The notes under the pieces: model-generated
Databases searched by the model: none
Told to the model about the DNA's origin: nothing
What the model saw: the letters and a program-made list of their open reading frames with translations, nothing else
Source: Rebecca billardiae RCC1528
Lineage: Eukaryota > Protista > Haptophyta
Direction: 5' to 3'
Assembly (NCBI GenBank): GCA_965240325.2
Contig: OZ251237.1
Coordinates: 496,001-560,000 of the forward strand
Length of the DNA: 64,000 nucleotides
Part shown: positions 58,045 through 64,000 of the stretch, one piece after another
Position numbering within the stretch: the first letter of the stretch is position 1
Layout of the letters: the number at the start of each line of letters is the position of its first letter
Position numbers and translations under genes: made by a program

Positions 58045-60237
58045 ATGCGCACTACGCTCACGCTGGCACTACTGGTGCACACGGCTGTGCTGCTGCACGC
58101 CCAGAGCGCGAGCGAGAATGCTACGCTACCGACAAGCCCACCGCCGAGCCCGCTATCTCCTCCTAGCTCTCCGCCGAGCACGCCGCCGAGCCCGCCATCT
58201 CCCCCTAGCCCTCCATCGCCGAGCCCGCCGCCGCCCGCGCCGTGCGTCCGCACCCATGTTGGCTGCGTCCATCGCTACCCCGTGGGCAGCCGTAACTACC
58301 TGAACCGGCTCAACTGGGACCCCGACACGAGCTCCGAGGGCACCAAGGCCGCGGTCCGGTGCTGCCTCAGGAACGGCTTGGAGTCGTCCAACGAGTGCGC
58401 GTCGCTCGTGCGCCCCGACGAGGAGACCGGGAAGATCCTGAGCTACAACGAGGCGTGGTCGATGGGCCTGCGGGACATGCGCAGCGACTACCGCGCCGCG
58501 AACTACGCCACCGCAAAGACGATGTGCGACGAGTACGCCGACTCGCGAAAGGCGCCCGGCAACGGCGGCTCCGCCGGCGACTGGCGGCTCTGCACGTACT
58601 ACGAGGTGGCGGAGAAGTACGGCCGCGTGCAGGGCCTCTGCTGCTACACGGGCGGTGCGTACGACGGCCAGGCGACGTGGACGCGGTGTGACGAGCCTGA
58701 GCCGCCGAGCCCGCCGCCGAGCCCACCACCGCCCGCGTCGCCGCCAAGCCCACCGCCAAGCCCGCCGCCGCCGAGCCCACCGCCGAGCCCGCCGCCAAGC
58801 CCGCCGCCGCCGAGCCCACCGCCGAGCCCGCCGCCGCCGAGCCCGCCGCCGAGCCCGCCGCCAAGCCCGCCACCGCCAAGCCCGCCGCCCGCGCCACCAT
58901 CGCCACCACCGCCGCCGTGCTTCCAGCTCGTCGTCGGCTGCATCGACACGTACCCCGAGGGCAGCGCGGTGTTCGCCCGCGCGCAGAACCGCGAGCCGAA
59001 CCTCGCGAGCGGTGGCGACCGCGGCGCGGTGCGCTGCTGCCGCGAGAACGGCGGCGCCCCGTCGGACACGTGCGACTCGGTCGTCGCGCGCGACCCGACG
59101 AGCGGCCGCGTGCTCGGCTACGCGCAGAGACGCACGCATGGCCGCGGCGTCTTTGAGGCCGTCGACTTCTCCACCGCGCACGCGCTCTGCTCCGAGTTCC
59201 ACGACGAGCGCTACGAGCAGGGGGCCGGCGGCGCGGCGGGCGACTGGCGCCTGTGCACGTACCAGGAGGTGGCCGAGATGGAGAAGCCCACGTGGCCCGG
59301 TCACACCGGCCTGTGCTGCAACACGGGCGGCGGGTACAACAACGACCCGACGTGGGTGTCGTGCGGCGCGCCGATGCCGCCCAGCGCGCCACCGTCGCCG
59401 CCCTCGCCGCCGCCTCCGCAGCCAGTCTCTGAGTGCCGCTCGCGCGGCGACCCACACTTCACCACGTGGACGGGCGAGCGGCACGACTTCCAGAACCTCG
59501 GCCCATACACGCTCGCAGCGGCACCGGCGGCGGGGCTGCTCGCGCAGGCGTGGCACTGCAAGTGGGGCCGCGCCGCTGGAGCCAACGCCGCGCTCGCCTT
59601 CACGCTCGACGGTGGCGAGACCAAGTGGGAGATCTACGGCGATTCGCTGCTCGTGGACGGCAAGCTCTCGGCGGCGGCGGCGGCGCTGAGCGCGGCCAAC
59701 GGCGGCGGGCGGACGATCCTCTCCGACGGCACGGCCCTCGCCATCGGCGCGAACTGGAGCTCCATTGCGGTGTCCAAGGGCGACAACGAGGTGCGCGCGC
59801 TCCGCCGCCAGTTCGCGCTCCGGCCCGAGGTCGCCGCCGCCGGCTACTGGTTTGATGTGCACGTGCAGACGCAGACGCAGTACGTGGCGGAAGGCCAGGG
59901 CGCCACCGGCCTGTGCGGCGACACGCTCGCGCGCACGCGGCCTGCGACGCACGCGGTGACCGATGACGCCTCCCTCTTCACCGCCGCGACCGCCGAGTTC
60001 ACCGCCCTCGGCGCGGCATGCGGCATTGACGACGTCGAGCCGATGGCGTGCGACAATCCGACCGAGTGCTGCCTGATGCCCAACGAGCGCGCGGCCGAGC
60101 TGTGCGCGCACGTCTCGTGTGACTCGGCGGAGCTCGAGGCGTGCATGTACGACTGCTGCCTGGCCGGGATCGACGAGTGCAACCTCGCCTACCCGGACCC
60201 GGCCCCGTGCCCGCCGCCGCCGAGCCCGCCGCCAAGC

Positions 60238-60295
<58 letters not shown>

Positions 60296-63200
60296 CGCCG
60301 TCGCCGGGCAAGGACTCGTCGAAGGACTCGGCCTCGGACGTCGACTGCTCCGCCTCTGGCGCCGACCCGTGGAAGTACGGCTGGCCCAAGCTCGAGTGCT
60401 GCGCCGGGCTCACCGAGTGCCTGGGCGACTTTGACCGCGACGACAACACGCCGTTCAGCTACGAGTGCCACGAGACGTGCCCCTCTGCCTCGCCGCCGCC
60501 GCCCTCGCCGCACGCGCCGCCGGCCCCATCGGCACCGCCTTCAGCGCCACCCTCGCCGTCGCCCTCGCCGACGCCACCGCCGCCGCCGCCCTCGCCGCCA
60601 TCGTGCACCGAGTCTGCGGGCAACCCGTGGAAGTACGGCTGGCCCAAGATCGAGTGCTGCGCCGGGCTCACCGAGTGCCTCGGCGACTTTGACCGCGACG
60701 ACGCCACGCCGTTTTCGTACGAGTGCCACGAGACATGCCCGTCCGCCTCGCCGCCGCCATCGGCGCCGCCCGCGCCGTCCGCGCCGCCGTCGCCGCCACG
60801 CCGGCCCAAGTGCACGCCCGCCGCGGAGGATCCGTGGGCGCATGGCTGGCCCAAGGTCGCGTGCTGCGGCGAGCTCAACGAGTGCCTTGGCGACTGGGAC
60901 TCGGACGGCACGGCCTCCTTCCTCTGCCTCGACAAGTGCAATGCGCCGCCCTCGCTCGAGATGTGCTCGGACACGGACGCGAATCCGTGGGCCTCGGGCG
61001 CGCACAAGCCGTGCTGCGCCGGGCTGCGCGAGTGCCTCGGCAACTGGCGGCGCGACGGCGAGTGGCACTTCAGCTGCCGCGAGAGCTGCTACGTCGAGCC
61101 GCCGTCGGCCCCGCCGGCGCCCTCGGCGCCACCCGCACCGTCGGCGCCGCCACCGACGCCGCCCGCGCCGTCCCAGCCGCCCGCGCCGTCGGCGCCGCCT
61201 GCGCCCTCGGCGCCGCCCGCTCCGTCCGCCCCGCCGGCCTCGCCGCCACTCCCCGCCGACTACGCCTACTGCGAGTCCGTTGGCGGTGAGTCCCGCGGGC
61301 GCCACCGCCCGCGCGCCCAGTGCGCCCGCACGCCTACCGTCTGCGCTCGCTCAACCTCGCGCCGCGCGCGCCTCGTGCCGTGGCGGCGCTCCGGTGCGCA
61401 GACCCGCACTTCACGTCGTGGGGCGGCGTGACGTACGACTACAACGAGCTCGGCCCGCACACGCTCGCCTCGGTGCCCGCGCTCGAGCTCGAGGTGGAGG
61501 CGTACCACTGCCGCTGGGGCACGGCTGGCGCGTCCACCGCCGCGCTCGCGTTCACGTTCGGCGCGCAGCGCTTCGAGCTGTTCGGCAACGCGCTCCACCT
61601 GAACGGCGACGCGACCACGCTCGCCCCGCTGCTCACGCTCGGCGGCAACGTCACGCTCGGCGGCGGCGTGTACGTGCGCGTGCTCGCCGGCCTGAGCGAG
61701 GTGCTCGTGTCGTACGGCGGCGCGACAGTCCGAGCCCTCCGCCGCGCGAGCTCGCTCGCGAGCAACGGCGCGTGGTGGGACGTGCAGCTGCGCGCGCCCA
61801 AGGCGGAGGTGCTCGGTGCCGAAGGCGGCAGCAGCGCCGGCCTGTGCACGGCCACGTCTGCCTACGCGGCGCGCGGCGTGCGGCTGGCGGAGGCGAAGCT
61901 GTTCAGCGAGGGCACGGGCGCGCTGAGCGTGCTGCGCGCGCAGTGCGGCGAGCCCGCGATGGTCGAGCTGCCGTGCGGCAAGCCCGGCGAGGACTGCTGC
62001 CTGATGGACATGGAGCGCGCCGAGGGCCTCTGCGAGGCGGTGGCGTGCGACCCGCTCGCGTACCAGCGGTGCATGTACGACTGCTGCCTCGCCGCGGCCG
62101 ACGAGTGCGCGTCCGCGTACCTGCAGAACCCGCTGATCTGCCCGCCGCCGTCGGCGCCGCCCGCGCCGTCCGCGCCGCCCGCGCCGTCGACGCCGCCGTC
62201 TCACCCGCCGCCGCCCTCTTGCACGATCGCCGGCGGCGATCCGTGGGCGCACGGCTGGCCCAAGGTCGCGTGCTGCGGCGAGCTCAACGAGTGCCTCGGC
62301 GACTGGGACTCGGACGGCACGGCCAGCTTCCTCTGCCTCGCGCAGTGCAACAAGCCGCCTTCGAAGGACATGTGCTCGGACGCGGACGCAAACCCGTGGG
62401 CCTCGGGCGCGCACAAGCCGTGCTGCGCGGGTCTGCAGGAGTGCCTCGGCGACTGGCGGCGCGACGGCGACTGGCACTTCAGCTGCCGCGAGATCTGCTA
62501 TGTCGAGCCGCCGTCGGCCCCGCCGGCGCCCTCCGCGCCGCCCGCGCCCTCGGCGCCGCCGTCGGCCCCGCCCTCACCGCCGCCCAAGCCGACGTGCACG
62601 CCGGACGCAAAGGACCCGTGGCAGTTCTCGTGGCCCAAGGTGCCGTGCTGCGACGGGCTGAGCGAGTGCCTCGGCGACTGGGACTCGGACGGCACGGCCA
62701 GCTTCCTCTGCCTCGCGCAGTGCAACAAGCCGCCCTCAGACGGCATGTGCTCGGACGCGGACGCCGACCCGTGGGCCTCGGGTGCGGAGAAGCCGTGCTG
62801 CGCCGGCCTGCAGAGCTGCCTCGGCTTCTGGGCGGGCCCAGACGCTGAGCCGCTCTACCGCTGCAAGGCGCAGTGCGAGTCGCTCTCGGCGACCTTCAAG
62901 GCCGCCACCGCCGCCAGCTCGGCGGGTGAGGGCGAGGGGCGCGACGTGAAGCAGTCCGGCGGCAACGGCGGCGACGAGCACAAGCGCGCCGCGGCGGACG
63001 TCGACTCCAACGCCTCGTCGGCTGAGGCGCGCGACCCGACCACGAGAAGCGAGGCCAAGCTTGCGACGGGCGGCGCGGGCGGCGACGCCCACGACGCGGC
63101 CGACTTCATCGTGCTCGCCATCGCCTCCGCGTTCGGCGGCATCTTCGTGTGCCTGCTCTTCGCCCTCTTCAAGATGTGCAACCAGCGCGGGCGGCAGGCG

Positions 63201-63407
63201 GCGCAGCCCAAGGCTGCTGCCGCCGACGGCGCCAGGGCGCAGGCCCCGAGCTCGGCGGCCGGCGCCGCCGCCGGCGTCACGCCCACGCAGAGCACGCATG
63301 CACCTCCACAGCCCACGCCCTTCGCGCCGATGACCGTGGTGCCCACGACACCCGGCGGCTCCTCTCGCCGCCGGCGCTCAGGCCTGCTCCCAGATATCGA
63401 GGTCTGA
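58045..63407 (+). CDS. type I membrane surface glycoprotein: two AVRCC-type Cys modules, two VWD-like domains, eight Cys-rich DPW/CC repeats, Pro-rich linkers
   Basis: Signal MRTTLTLALLVHTAVLLHA; VWD starts CRSRGDPHFTTWTG and CESVGDPHFTSWGG (the latter restored by intron 61286-61401); TM FIVLAIASAFGGIFVCLLFALF. Confidence 0.8.
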
Positions 63408-63695
63408 TGATGCCACTGGAATGTAGGGCATGCCCATCTGAATGACGATCGCACGTCTGATCATCTCGCTGCGGTGCGCCCGGATGTGACGGCTTGTGGT
63501 AGACGCTGTTCGTGCGCCATCGTGCGGTCGCTCCAGCACTTTCCAGCAGCAGGATTCTGGCCGTGTCAGCAATATTAAAAAAGGGGAATATCTTGTGAAT
63601 TAAACTCTGGTCTCTGTGGAATCGGAGATACCGGCTCGTCTTAAGGCTTATGAACCGGAGATTTGATCTCGCAGATTCATGCAAGTTGTAACTCA

Positions 63696-63711
63696 CCAGA
63701 TAGTATTGGGA
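63696..63711 (+). promoter_or_regulatory. second copy of the 16-bp upstream motif
   Basis: CCAGATAGTATTGGGA, starting 101 nt before ATG 63797. Confidence 0.5.
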
Positions 63712-63796
63712 GATAGCACCTTAGGACCATACAGTCTAAAGCCTCGGCCGTCGTCAGTTCACGTCGCAACTCACAACGCCTCAACGTTCCGACGAC

Positions 63797-64000
63797 ATGA
63801 CGTCCTCCCGCGTCTTCCTCCTCCTGCTCTGCGCGTCGGGCGCGCGCTCCGCCGCCGCGGCGACGTGCGCGGCACCTGGCGAGGACCCCTGGCTCGGCGG
63901 CACCCACTCGCACTGCTGCGAGGGCCTCACGGAGTGCAAGTCGGACTTTGACTCGGACGGCGTCGCCTCCTTCCTCTGCCTCGAGGACTGCGCGGCGCCG
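63797..64000 (+). CDS. 5' part of a paralogous secreted protein with the same Cys-rich repeat (runs off the window)
   Basis: MTSSRVFLLLLCASGARSAAAATCAAPGEDPWLGGTHSHCCEGLTECKSDFDSDGVASFLCLEDCAAP, translated by hand. Confidence 0.75.
   Translation, partial: MTSSRVFLLLLCASGARSAAAATCAAPGEDPWLGGTHSHCCEGLTECKSDFDSDGVASFLCLEDCAAP

Overview
GC-rich, compact, intron-containing eukaryotic nuclear DNA. An algal, haptophyte-like origin is my inference from the short CG-rich introns, three inferred GC-AG introns and the signal-peptide-led leaders. Housekeeping genes: ArgJ, a PP6/SIT4 regulatory subunit, PAM18, CPSF3, a CBP/p300-type HAT, a Nup58-like FG nucleoporin and an ABCC transporter. There are also a GT2-like glycosyltransferase, a TPR-methyltransferase, EF-hand, F-box, PH and R3HCC1-like proteins. 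Three things stand out. (1) A ~12.9 kb receptor gene (44041-56937) whose LRR head is an array of 15 one-repeat-per-exon cassettes. These are 72-nt, phase 2-2 exons separated by homologous introns, with hypervariable concave-face residues, a 7-cassette higher-order duplication and one defective cassette. The head sits on a ~700-aa Ser-Pro stalk followed by REJ-like/EGF/GPS/5-TM polycystin-like modules, making this a candidate exon-shuffled variable receptor. (2) A 3.0-kb TIR-bounded element between two (TA)n tracts carrying a spliced BAH-domain gene but no visible transposase. (3) Tandem surface-protein genes with VWD-like domains and a Cys-rich repeat containing a DxDxDG loop; the two genes share an identical 16-bp upstream motif. 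All gene models and splice sites were inferred by eye.
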